The notes below the pieces were generated by a model. That model was not told the origin of the DNA, ran no database searches, and worked only from the letters and a program-made list of their open reading frames with translations. A DNA stretch of 64,000 nt. Source: Candidatus Poribacteria bacterium. Its GTDB lineage: Bacteria > Poribacteria > WGA-4E > PCPOR2b. Positions 49,916 to 59,428 of this stretch are shown one piece after another. Within the stretch, counting starts at the first letter, position 1; each line of letters opens with the position of its first letter. The stretch covers positions 3,072,001 through 3,136,000 of the forward strand of contig OZ244042.1 in assembly GCA_965215015.1 (NCBI GenBank). The letters run 5' to 3'. Made by a program: the position numbers and the translations under genes.

Positions 49916-52525
49916 TTACTTTTTGCTTCGATTCCAAAAAGCGGAAATCGTAGCGGTCATCGGAATGGTCAGCACAAGTCCAAGGGTGCCAGCCAGCAAG
50001 CGCACGATTTCGGAAGACGCGATTCCGACGCTCAAAAGCTCTACCGTGGGGGATTGGAAGAGGTCAAGATTGGGTGCCGCGACCGCCATGATGAATAGTA
50101 GCTCCACGCCCAGATAAGCAAACACCAAAGTATTGACCATGGTTCCGAGGATATCGGTACCGACGTTCATCCCAGACGTGATTAAGCTCCAAGTGGGCAT
50201 GTTCGGATTTGCTCGGCGAATCTCTTCCATTGAGGAAGAGACCTCAATAGCACCATCGATAGCCACGCCAAGCACTCCCATTAACATTCCCGCGAGCAGC
50301 ACCTGTCGAAAATCGAAAGGTGGTGTGCGGGTTGCTTCCATGATATCCGCAGAGACCGCATGTTCCATCCCGGAAAAATGGAGATGGTTTTGGGCAAACA
50401 TAACAATCAGCCCTGCGGCAAGGATACCCCCCATCGTGCCGAACACAGCTGAAAAGGTTTTTCGACTTGGACCGATTACGAATACGAGGGATACAAACGC
50501 AATCATGCCGGAGGTGAGGGTGACAATCAACACAGCGTTTTCGCCGCGTGAAATCAACGGGATCATGAAGAAGTAAAGGATTAGCCCTGACCCAATCATC
50601 GCGCAGGCAGTCCGTATCCCCTCATTGCGCCCCACAATGATGATCACCACCAGCATCAATCCAAACATCCAAATCAGAAATCGGTCACGCCCATACTCTT
50701 GAACAAGATTTACCAGACTGACCTGATCCGGCGTCCCTCCGATGCGGCATAAGATAATATCACCCGGTTCAGCGGGAATACTCAACAAATCTACCTTATG
50801 GTTGAGAATATTCCGCAGGATAATCGTTTGTCCTTCGTAGATGCCTGATAACATTTCGATTTTTAAGATGTGATGTTCTGTCGTTGCGTCGTAAACATTG
50901 AGTCTGTCTTCCGCTTCGCCAACAGAAAAGGTAACCTCGTTCTTCTCATCCCTAATTAGCCATTTTGTATCCCTCCAATTTTTTATCGAAACGGTGAGGT
51001 CGTGTGATAGCGGCACATTATGGTTTTCAAACGCTCGTTGTAAGTCTGCGGAGACCTGCCAACGCTCTAAATTGCTTTTTTCTTTTAGATCTACACTGAA
51101 TAGGAAGGGGGCGTTCGATTCGAGGAGACTAATCACCCTCCCTTTGGCATATTCAGATCTAGAGGTAAGATTACCATCTGCGTCATGATGCTCGACAATT
51201 ACGGCTGATGCACGGTTGATTCGATGGTAGAGATATTGTGTGCCCACAAGCACAACAATCAGTGCTATCGGCACCGCCAAACGCGCTTTGCTTTTCGGGT
51301 CGTCGGTGCGGAAAAGCTCCTCAAGTTCCTCCTCCGACGGCAGATCCTCATCAATTTCCGACGGGTTCACCTTCCGGTATTTGGTCAGGATGCCCGCGAC
51401 GACCGCAGCAATAGGTACGGTCAAGACTAGCCCGATAGTTCCGACAATAGCCTGAGTGATAGCAACCACTGTCGCTTCGTCATTCGCCAGACGGAGGAAT
51501 GGGTAAAGGTATCCGACTTCAGGAAACTCAATACGGGGGAGCAGCATCGTAATCATATACGCGCCAAGATAGGCAAAGATGAGGGTATCCGCCATCGTTC
51601 CCATGATGTCTCGACCCACGTTCAACCCGGCACGGATAGCCTGCCGGACGGTAATATTTGGGTTGACCTGTTTGACCTCATAGACAGAGGAGGAGATGGA
51701 CATACCGACGTCCATCATGGCACCAACAGCCCCTAGAATCATCCCTGCCGCGAGGAGTCCTTTGAAATCCCAATAGTGTGAACCGGCTGTTCTCCAGAGG
51801 GCGATACCCAACTCAAGAAATCCAAATTCTTGCGCCAATCCGGTCAAAAGCATCGCCTTTTGGCTGATGACAGATAAGATGCCAACGGCGGCCAATCCGC
51901 CGAGGGTTCCTAGCACCCCGGAAATCACTTTAAAGCTGAACCCGGTAATCAGCACAAAGGTTGTAAGGGTCAGCAAAGAAGCAACAAATAGGGCAACAGC
52001 AATCGGATTGAAGCCTTTGAGCGTTAAGGGAACAAGGATATATAGAATACCAAAAGCAGTGACGAACAGCGTCAATATTGCGCGTATCCCCTTCATACCG
52101 GCAACCACAATTATGAGGATTCCTAACACGCCTGCAAGATAGAGCAGAAAAGGGGTTCGGAAATATTCGAGCATTCGCACATCGTCCCGTACATCGTCCA
52201 AGGTTGTGGCATCTTGTTGTCTGAGGGGCATTTCAAGGAAAAGCACATCTTTTCTGCTTATCACCCGATCGCCGAATGCTCGCCCTGTCCAGATGTTGTT
52301 GACTTGAACAGTTTCCCCCCGAAATTTCCCAGAAATAACGCGAAAGGTTATAATCTGATCAACCTCCTCACTCGTATCCACCTTTGTTACCCGTCCGAGG
52401 CAGACCAACGTCTGCAAGGCACCATGTTGGACAATCTCGTTAAATTGGAACAGTTTGACGTGCAGCACTAGGACGATAACGAGAATTGTTAGCACTCCAA
52501 AGATTTTTAGATTTCTTTCACTCAT
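49916..52525 (-). CDS. YibE/F family membrane protein with two tandem YibE/F domains
   Basis: GA.MDVGMSISS...GLNVGRDIMGTM.DTL.FAY occurs twice in variant form. Confidence 0.85.
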   Translation of the reverse strand: MSERNLKIFGVLTILVIVLVLHVKLFQFNEIVQHGALQTLVCLGRVTKVDTSEEVDQIITFRVISGKFRGETVQVNNIWTGRAFGDRVISRKDVLFLEMPLRQQDATTLDDVRDDVRMLEYFRTPFLLYLAGVLGILIIVVAGMKGIRAILTLFVTAFGILYILVPLTLKGFNPIAVALFVASLLTLTTFVLITGFSFKVISGVLGTLGGLAAVGILSVISQKAMLLTGLAQEFGFLELGIALWRTAGSHYWDFKGLLAAGMILGAVGAMMDVGMSISSSVYEVKQVNPNITVRQAIRAGLNVGRDIMGTMADTLIFAYLGAYMITMLLPRIEFPEVGYLYPFLRLANDEATVVAITQAIVGTIGLVLTVPIAAVVAGILTKYRKVNPSEIDEDLPSEEELEELFRTDDPKSKARLAVPIALIVVLVGTQYLYHRINRASAVIVEHHDADGNLTSRSEYAKGRVISLLESNAPFLFSVDLKEKSNLERWQVSADLQRAFENHNVPLSHDLTVSIKNWRDTKWLIRDEKNEVTFSVGEAEDRLNVYDATTEHHILKIEMLSGIYEGQTIILRNILNHKVDLLSIPAEPGDIILCRIGGTPDQVSLVNLVQEYGRDRFLIWMFGLMLVVIIIVGRNEGIRTACAMIGSGLILYFFMIPLISRGENAVLIVTLTSGMIAFVSLVFVIGPSRKTFSAVFGTMGGILAAGLIVMFAQNHLHFSGMEHAVSADIMEATRTPPFDFRQVLLAGMLMGVLGVAIDGAIEVSSSMEEIRRANPNMPTWSLITSGMNVGTDILGTMVNTLVFAYLGVELLFIMAVAAPNLDLFQSPTVELLSVGIASSEIVRLLAGTLGLVLTIPMTATISAFWNRSKK

Positions 52526-52774
52526 TTTTATTTTCCTTTTCCCTATTTACCAATAATTTTTCCGCTTTCTGCCTTTAGACCTCATCAGGATTGCACTATT
52601 TGGTACACTTTGGTTGTGCACTTAGGTGCGACGATGCAAAGTGTAAAGCCCCCAGCATGAACCCTTGCCCTTAATTGACGCTAATCCTTCCAGTTAAGCT
52701 AAGGATATATCCCATCTAATCGCAATTTTCATACCTTCTAATAGGTTGTAGAGGCAAAATTTCCCTATGTTACT

Positions 52775-54616
52775 TTATTGTAGGGACCTGCTTCCAGTTT
52801 GCCCCTCCCGTTCTCTCAAGTGTTTGTGAATGGTTGCTGCGACGCCGTGGGGTATCCCTTTTACAGCAAGCAGCTCATCAAGACTAGCCTGCCGAATTTT
52901 TTCGACAGCACCAAAGTGCTGAAGCAATGCCTGTTTTCGCTTAGTACCAACGTTTGGAATCTCATCGAGGATAGAGTGGCTGAGTGCTCGGCTGCGGCGT
53001 TTTCGGTGATAGGTGATAGCGAATCGATGGGCTTCATCGCGCAACCGCTGAATGAGGTGCAGTGTCGGATTGTCACGTCGCAGTACAATTGGAGCTGATC
53101 TGCCGGGGAGAAAAATATGCTCAAATCGCTTGGCGAGCCCAATAATCGGAAGGTGACTCAAATCAAGTGTTTCCAACACTTCACATGCAGCACTCAATTG
53201 TCCCTTGCCTCCATCAATCAAGATCAGATCTGGGAAACGATTCTCCTCAATCGCGCGACGCAACCGACGGGCAACCACCTCCTTCATCATCGCAAAATCA
53301 TTCTGCCCCTCAACCGTGCGAATCTTGAAACGTCGATACTCAGATTTTGTGGGTTCCGCATCCTCCATCACTACCATCGAGGCGACAGGAAATCGATCGC
53401 CCAAATTAGAAATATCAAACGCTTCGATCCGGACTGGAGGGTGAGGCAAGTTTAACAACTCCTGCAACTCAATCAGGGCGGGGTTATCACCAGCTTTGAA
53501 GACGACGTGCAGTTCCTTCTGCTCAAGAATAATGCTCGCATTCTTCGCTGCCATCTCTACTAACTGGCGTTTGCGTCCTCTTTGTGGAATATACAACGTT
53601 ACCTGACTACCACGATTCTCGGACAGCCAACGCTGGATGGCTTCCGGCATCTCAATGTCATCAGGTAGTAGGATGATTTTCGGAATGAATGACGCATCTT
53701 GATAGTATTGTTGAACAAATGCGGTCAACACCTTAACTGTAGAGTCGGACGGGTTTCTCAGGAAGTAGTATTCGCGCTCAATTAGCTTTCCGTCGCGTAT
53801 CATCAACACCTGCACACACGCCTCATCGCCCGCTCGCGCCACACCGATCACATCCTCATTTTCCGCCGACGGGTTATCGAGGTTTTGTTTCGCAATTGCA
53901 TCTTTGACATTTTCGATCTGGTCTCGATATTTCGCCGCACTTTCAAAATCGAGCTCCGAGGCAGCAGACTGCATCTTTTCGCCCAGATTTTTTAAGACCG
54001 TCGTCGTGTCTCCGCTAAGAAATTGGCGGACGTTCTTTACAATCTGATCGTAATCCTCAATGGTGGTGAGATCTGCACAGGGACCAGGGCAGCGTTGAAT
54101 GTGATAATCCAAGCACACACGGTGTGGATTTCCCGATGCCTTCAGTTCTAAATTACAAGTGCGGATGGGGAAGACCTTCGTCAGTTGTTTGATGGTCTGC
54201 CGTGTCGCACCGGTATGCACAAAGGGGCCAAAATACTTCGCCGCGTCATTTTCCTTTTGGCGGGTGATGTAAAGCCCCGGAAATGGCTCGTTGACCGTCA
54301 CCTTCAGATACGGATAGCGTTTGTCGTCCTTGAGTCTGATGTTGTAACGCGGCTGATATTCCTTAATGAGGTTATTTTCAAGGATTAATGCCTCCACATC
54401 ACTTGCAGTGAGGATGGTATCGATATCGTGGACATACCGCAGCATCGGCTCGGTCAAGGCATGTGGGGTTGCAGCGTTTTGGAAGTAGGATCTGACCCGT
54501 TGGCGCAGGGAGGCTGCTTTGCCGACGTACAGCACTTTTCCTACTGCGTCTTTCATCAGGTAGACGCCGGGACCGGTAGATAGGCTTGAGAGTTTATCTC
54601 TAATCTGTTGATTCAT
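52775..54616 (-). CDS. uvrC: Excinuclease ABC subunit C
   Basis: PGVYLM, YVGKA..LR.RV.SYF, IEAFDIS, PDLILIDGGKGQL, RDEAHRFA, C-terminal HhH. Confidence 0.97.
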   Translation of the reverse strand: MNQQIRDKLSSLSTGPGVYLMKDAVGKVLYVGKAASLRQRVRSYFQNAATPHALTEPMLRYVHDIDTILTASDVEALILENNLIKEYQPRYNIRLKDDKRYPYLKVTVNEPFPGLYITRQKENDAAKYFGPFVHTGATRQTIKQLTKVFPIRTCNLELKASGNPHRVCLDYHIQRCPGPCADLTTIEDYDQIVKNVRQFLSGDTTTVLKNLGEKMQSAASELDFESAAKYRDQIENVKDAIAKQNLDNPSAENEDVIGVARAGDEACVQVLMIRDGKLIEREYYFLRNPSDSTVKVLTAFVQQYYQDASFIPKIILLPDDIEMPEAIQRWLSENRGSQVTLYIPQRGRKRQLVEMAAKNASIILEQKELHVVFKAGDNPALIELQELLNLPHPPVRIEAFDISNLGDRFPVASMVVMEDAEPTKSEYRRFKIRTVEGQNDFAMMKEVVARRLRRAIEENRFPDLILIDGGKGQLSAACEVLETLDLSHLPIIGLAKRFEHIFLPGRSAPIVLRRDNPTLHLIQRLRDEAHRFAITYHRKRRSRALSHSILDEIPNVGTKRKQALLQHFGAVEKIRQASLDELLAVKGIPHGVAATIHKHLREREGQTGSRSLQ

Positions 54617-54638
54617 TTTTCGGTACTTTAATTAGAAA

Positions 54639-54921
54639 TAGGACTTACGCAGTTGAACGTTCAAAGCCAACACCAAAAAAGGGCGCGCAATGGTTATGGT
54701 TGGTTGAGCCAGGATTATGGCGCAATAGTCATGGTATCCTCGGTGATGAATCACCGGACCATACGACTCACGACGCCCGATAATCGGGCAACTACAGTTA
54801 ATCCTACAGTGGCACACGCTCCGCGCGCTGTCATTGACACAACAGTTACGGCATACGCCGTATGCCTCCTTAAAGACGCGGGTTGAATTGCCTGACTACC
54901 AACTCAGGTGCGTAACTCCTA
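54639..54921. mobile_element. MITE-like composite element, family A (best-preserved copy)
   Basis: TAGGACTTACGCA...TGCGTAACTCCTA; left half matches the 35348 copy, right half matches 57361-57556. Confidence 0.8.
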
Positions 54922-54943
54922 TTAGGAATACAAAATTTGTTTC

Positions 54944-56113
54944 TTAATAGACACTTGGTCGCCTATCAAAAACAACTGTAAATGTTTCAGCAACCTTATC
55001 CTCAATGAATTTAGGTTCAGGGAGATTGGTTTTGCGACACTCCTCAATCATTCGGGGGATTCCAGAACCTAGACCACGATAAGGAATTCCTATCTTCGGG
55101 ACAAATGAGATCAACACCGGATTCCTCACAATCTGTATTCCTGCTCGGATCGACTCGATCGTCGCTGTATTGGGGAGCTTGCCAGGGCTGATGATTTCAA
55201 CGCGATTATCGAAGATGAAAACACGGATGCTACTACTGATCAGGTAGTCCCGGTGAACAAGAGCGTTGACGCATGCTTCTTCCAAGGCAATTTCGGGAAT
55301 TTCCAGTATACCGGGAAAATTAAAATTCTGACCATTTTGTTGCTTTCGTAGATTACGCTTGAGAAACCCCATCGTTCCTTTGAACTGTTCGGCTAATGTT
55401 GATCCGATGTCCTCGCTGTCCAAATATTTTGTCCCTTCCAAGTGGTTGCCGATAAATGCGACCGCTTTGACCATCAACAGCGGTCGAATCTGTTGTGGTT
55501 CTTTGCCAAAAAGGAGAAGCCCTGCTAACGTCAGATGTGGTGGCTTGAGAAGTTTTAGGTTTGATAGGCTGCGTTCGGTGAAGGCGTTAAGCTGGTCAAT
55601 TTCCTGATCGTATTGCTGCTTGTAGAAATCTCTAAATCGTAACAGATCCAACTCAGCCCAACTCGTATGAGCCAGTGGCCTCTCATCGGCATACAATGTG
55701 CCCGATGCCTGCATCAACCGTCGGAGTTCTTCCCGGGTTGCCCGGCGTTTATCAGCACCCACTTTCACCCAAAACGCCGTTTTATTGACAGCATAAGGCT
55801 TGTCGGTGCCCAACGGAATGCTGATGACAACGACCAATTTGTTACCGATGCTCAGATTTTCCGTCATTACGCTTACAGGGGGCTCGATCTTTTGAGAGCA
55901 GGCGTTTGAAATCCATTGGTTGAGTTGGCGAATGTCTGCAACGCCACAAACCTCTCCTGAATCTGACACACCAACGATGAGCAACCCGCCCTCCGAATTA
56001 AGCATCGCCGCGAGCTCTGTCGCTAACGCATCAACACTGTTGAATTGGCGTTTGAGCTGTGTTTTGGAGTCTTCGCCTCGGCTGATGATTTCGTGGAGTT
56101 CAGAAGTAGTCAT
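54944..56113 (-). CDS. Schlafen/AlbA_2 domain plus HATPase_c_4 (RecG C-terminal-like) protein
   Basis: GE....K, A.LNSEGG.LIVGVSD, EACVNALVHRDY, RVEIISPG, RNP, GSGI. Confidence 0.85.
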   Translation of the reverse strand: MTTSELHEIISRGEDSKTQLKRQFNSVDALATELAAMLNSEGGLLIVGVSDSGEVCGVADIRQLNQWISNACSQKIEPPVSVMTENLSIGNKLVVVISIPLGTDKPYAVNKTAFWVKVGADKRRATREELRRLMQASGTLYADERPLAHTSWAELDLLRFRDFYKQQYDQEIDQLNAFTERSLSNLKLLKPPHLTLAGLLLFGKEPQQIRPLLMVKAVAFIGNHLEGTKYLDSEDIGSTLAEQFKGTMGFLKRNLRKQQNGQNFNFPGILEIPEIALEEACVNALVHRDYLISSSIRVFIFDNRVEIISPGKLPNTATIESIRAGIQIVRNPVLISFVPKIGIPYRGLGSGIPRMIEECRKTNLPEPKFIEDKVAETFTVVFDRRPSVY

Positions 56114-56182
56114 CGTAATACCCCATCCTATTAGCCTAAATCACTGGAACTTGACGAGTGTCAAGTAAGTACGCTTTACGCA

Positions 56183-57157
56183 TCACAGTACCACGTTTTG
56201 CGGTTTGCCCTCCAAGAAGGCGATAACGTTGTCAACAACGCCCTCGTTGAGCAGATCAACGCCTTCTGGCGTCATGTCTGCACAGTGGGGCGAAAGGATA
56301 ACTTGCTCACAGGCGAGAAGTGGATGGGCGACGGGCGGCGGTTCCTCGTCATATACATCAATTGCAGCACCACCGAGATGCCCAGCATTCAGTGCCTCAA
56401 CGAGCGCGTCCGTATCCACTATATCGCCGCGTGCGACATTAATCAACAAGGCGTTGGACTTCATCAGTTCAAGCTCCCGTTTCCCGATCATTTCCCGACT
56501 GTCATCGGTCAGCTTGACATGAATACTGACCACATCTGCCGTTTGCAAGAGCTGATCCAATTCGACAAACTGGACCCTCAGTTGCACTGCTCGTTCAGGT
56601 GAGGGATTGAAAGTCCATGCAATCACGTTCATCCCGATGGCTCGACCGAGTCTCGCCATCTCTGCTCCGATGTGCCCTGTACCGATAATCCCCAATGTTT
56701 TGCCTTGCAAGTAGATGTTATCCATTCGGGGCCAACCCCCAGCTTTCACCGCTGTTGTCATGAAGGCGGCCCGTTTGGCTGCAGCGAACATCAACCCAAA
56801 CCCATGTTCAGCGACAACCGGGGCTGTCCGACCGGGTTGATTGGAGATAACAACACCAAGTTCCCTTGCCGCATCTAAATCGATCATATCCGTGCCAATT
56901 GAACATGTCGAAATCATGCGTAGTTTCGGGAGTTGGTGCAAGGCTTCGGCGTACCAAGTTACAATGCCCCGCGTATTCATTATAATATCCGCGTCTTTTG
57001 AGCGGTTGATTTGTTCCTCAAGCGATTCTGGACGATTGGTGTGCAAGATGACATCGCCGTAAGGCTCCAATCGTTCCAGATGTGGCGAACCTTGTATCTG
57101 TGGTGGGTTGTCACCGGGGACAACAATTTTGACTCTGTCTGAGGTTTCTGTTGACAT
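56183..57157 (-). CDS. D-isomer specific 2-hydroxyacid dehydrogenase
   Basis: GIIGTGHIG, INVARG, DVYDEEP, SPH. Confidence 0.9.
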   Translation of the reverse strand: MSTETSDRVKIVVPGDNPPQIQGSPHLERLEPYGDVILHTNRPESLEEQINRSKDADIIMNTRGIVTWYAEALHQLPKLRMISTCSIGTDMIDLDAARELGVVISNQPGRTAPVVAEHGFGLMFAAAKRAAFMTTAVKAGGWPRMDNIYLQGKTLGIIGTGHIGAEMARLGRAIGMNVIAWTFNPSPERAVQLRVQFVELDQLLQTADVVSIHVKLTDDSREMIGKRELELMKSNALLINVARGDIVDTDALVEALNAGHLGGAAIDVYDEEPPPVAHPLLACEQVILSPHCADMTPEGVDLLNEGVVDNVIAFLEGKPQNVVL

Positions 57158-57360
57158 ATAGTTTTCTCTCTTTATATTGAAAATATTGCACCGTTTATGT
57201 TTGAACTATATTAACGTAAGTTGCTGCTTATAGGGTAGGCCACAACTTAGGCAAATGAGAGTCAAAGTGAGAAAATCAGTGCTCGCAGTGGATTGACAAA
57301 TCCACTGCACAAGGGACCTAGCACATTGCACAACAGTGCCTGGTATTCTATTGCACTGTC

Positions 57361-57556
57361 AGGGTATCCTCGGTGATTCATCGCCGGTGAATATGCCTCT
57401 TGACGCCTGATGAATCGGGCAGTGACAGTGAACAAAGTAGTAGACACGATCCGTCGTGCTGTCATTGGCACAAGGGTTACGGCATACGCCAGATGCCTAC
57501 GACCTTAAAGACGCGGGTTGAATGGCGCGACTACCAACTCAAGTGCGTAACTCCTA
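57361..57556. mobile_element. Family A MITE-like element, partial (right terminus intact)
   Basis: Aligns with 54733-54921, including CCTTAAAGACGCGGGTTGAAT...ACTACCAACTCA.GTGCGTAACTCCTA. Confidence 0.75.
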
Positions 57557-57606
57557 CAGTAATAACAAATGGATAAATACAACAACCATATTTCACGCAT
57601 CATATC

Positions 57607-58626
57607 TCAGTCCATTACAAATAGGATTTTTCCTTTGCGACGGCTCTGACACGCATGAACTAGGGCGTCCTTGGCGTCGGTGAGCGGATATGTTTTCTCA
57701 ACGGGCACCTTTAATTTGCCCGATGTCACGAGAGGGATTAGTCGATCAAACATATCGTGAATCTCCCTAGTGTCAGCACGTTTATACCAAGCATTAATCC
57801 AAAAGCCGCGGAACTGAAGATCTTTGAAAATCAGTAAGCTATTGCTCATCTGGAGCGGCTGGAGTCCCATCGCACCGTAAGTAACCAATGTAGCGTGGTC
57901 GCTGAGTGATTTGGCTATCTCCCGCGCACTTTCCCCGCCTACAGCGTTCAATCCAAGTGGCACATTGGCATTGCCTGTCAAGTCCCGAATCTGTTTCGAC
58001 AGTGGTATCTCATCGGTGATGACGACATCCGCGCCCGCCGCTTCAAGTTCGGGAATTAGATCCTTTCGGCGTACAACGTTTACGGTCCTTAAACCGCGGA
58101 GACGCGCAATCTGAATCACAGCCCGACCGACTCCGGAATTGGCAGCGTTCTGGATCACCCAATCACTCGGCTTGAGGTCAACGAATGCTTCAAGCATTCG
58201 CCAAGCAGTTGGCGGGTTGACCGATAGCATCGCCGCTTGTTCCAGAGGGATGTCATCTGGCAAGGAAATCAGGTTGTCCTGAATCCCGATCTTATCGAGG
58301 CTGTTGGCGTCCCCTACATACGCCTCACACCAGTTGCCAACTCGATCCAGCGAGATAACGGGTTGCCCCACGCGAAGATTGGAAACCGCGCTGCCGGTTT
58401 GCGCGATGACACCGACACCTTCGTTTCCAACAATTGCCGGTAGGGGAGAACGAACCGGATACTTCCCCTCAAGCACGTTGATGTCGGCGGGGTTAATCGG
58501 GGAGGCTTTCATTTCAACCAAAACTTGGTTAGGTGCGATGGGAGGTAAGTCCCACGCCTCAACCTGGGCTACTTCTTCAGAGCTGCCGTACTCATGATGA
58601 CAGATAACTGTTACTGTTTTTTTCAT
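57607..58626 (-). CDS. MDR family 2-enoyl thioester reductase (MECR/Etr1-like)
   Basis: SPINPADIN, GNEG, VNPPTAWRML, QNAANSGVG, LNAVGG, VTYGAM, GFW. Confidence 0.85.
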   Translation of the reverse strand: MKKTVTVICHHEYGSSEEVAQVEAWDLPPIAPNQVLVEMKASPINPADINVLEGKYPVRSPLPAIVGNEGVGVIAQTGSAVSNLRVGQPVISLDRVGNWCEAYVGDANSLDKIGIQDNLISLPDDIPLEQAAMLSVNPPTAWRMLEAFVDLKPSDWVIQNAANSGVGRAVIQIARLRGLRTVNVVRRKDLIPELEAAGADVVITDEIPLSKQIRDLTGNANVPLGLNAVGGESAREIAKSLSDHATLVTYGAMGLQPLQMSNSLLIFKDLQFRGFWINAWYKRADTREIHDMFDRLIPLVTSGKLKVPVEKTYPLTDAKDALVHACQSRRKGKILFVMD

Positions 58627-58707
58627 TTTACCCTCGTCTTGCGTAATGTCTATGAATTCATGATACTAATTTAGCATTGTTCTTGAGTTGTTCTAAGGAT
58701 ATAATGC

Positions 58708-59382
58708 TTATGGAATTATAGTACTGCGCGTGACACTAGGATGAAAGGAAAAAAAAATGCCAAACAACGTACTCCGATTGGCTTTAATGGGATAGATGAC
58801 ACTCCCTAGCAAGCTAATATTTGGTGATAGGTCAACTTCTACGCCAATTTGTCCTGAAAAGGCACTGCCGCGTGAGGTTTCTAGTCCTAGGGTCCACCAG
58901 CTCATATCGTAAAATGCGAGCGCGTAAGGCGCAATGGTCAGTGATGAATCGCCTATCAACCGATGGAAGAATCCCAATCCAACGGAGAACCCCAATGTGC
59001 TATTCTCGGCACCTTTTTTTTGGTCTACAACACTACTGAAGAAACTCGCGCTCGCCAGGCATTCCCAATCGCTTCCGATCAGCGGTTGAATTGAACTAAT
59101 CCCAGAATAAAAGAACGACATCGGTGATAACGTGGGTAAATGCTCGTCGTCAAAATAGAGCTGTCCTGCTTTCAAAAAACCTTCAATATCCGATAGGATC
59201 CCGTACTCAAGACTACCAACTGCTGCGATTCTTTCGTTGATGAACTCCGCTCCCACCGCGATGCTTGCCCGCCCCATTTTTAATTGATGGAGGTTGAAAG
59301 GGTGTTCGTAGAGTTGGGCGTGTGCTTTCGCCAGACCAGCTATCAATAGGGAAACTGTAATTGTTGCTACCCGTTTTTTCAT
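58708..59382 (-). CDS. Hypothetical exported protein, possible outer-membrane beta-barrel
   Basis: Signal peptide ending AHA; alternating aromatic/Gly strands. Confidence 0.55.
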   Translation of the reverse strand: MKKRVATITVSLLIAGLAKAHAQLYEHPFNLHQLKMGRASIAVGAEFINERIAAVGSLEYGILSDIEGFLKAGQLYFDDEHLPTLSPMSFFYSGISSIQPLIGSDWECLASASFFSSVVDQKKGAENSTLGFSVGLGFFHRLIGDSSLTIAPYALAFYDMSWWTLGLETSRGSAFSGQIGVEVDLSPNISLLGSVIYPIKANRSTLFGIFFSFHPSVTRSTIIP

Positions 59383-59428
59383 ATCCGTCCCCTATGCGAA
59401 AGAATCTCTTTCGGTTTACCGAAAGTTG

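Noticed and set aside
52562-52589. Hammerhead-ribozyme-like core CUGAUGA...GAAA on the minus strand
   Set aside because: The stem II closing pair is G-A rather than G-C, and I could not find stems I and III with a cleavage triplet.
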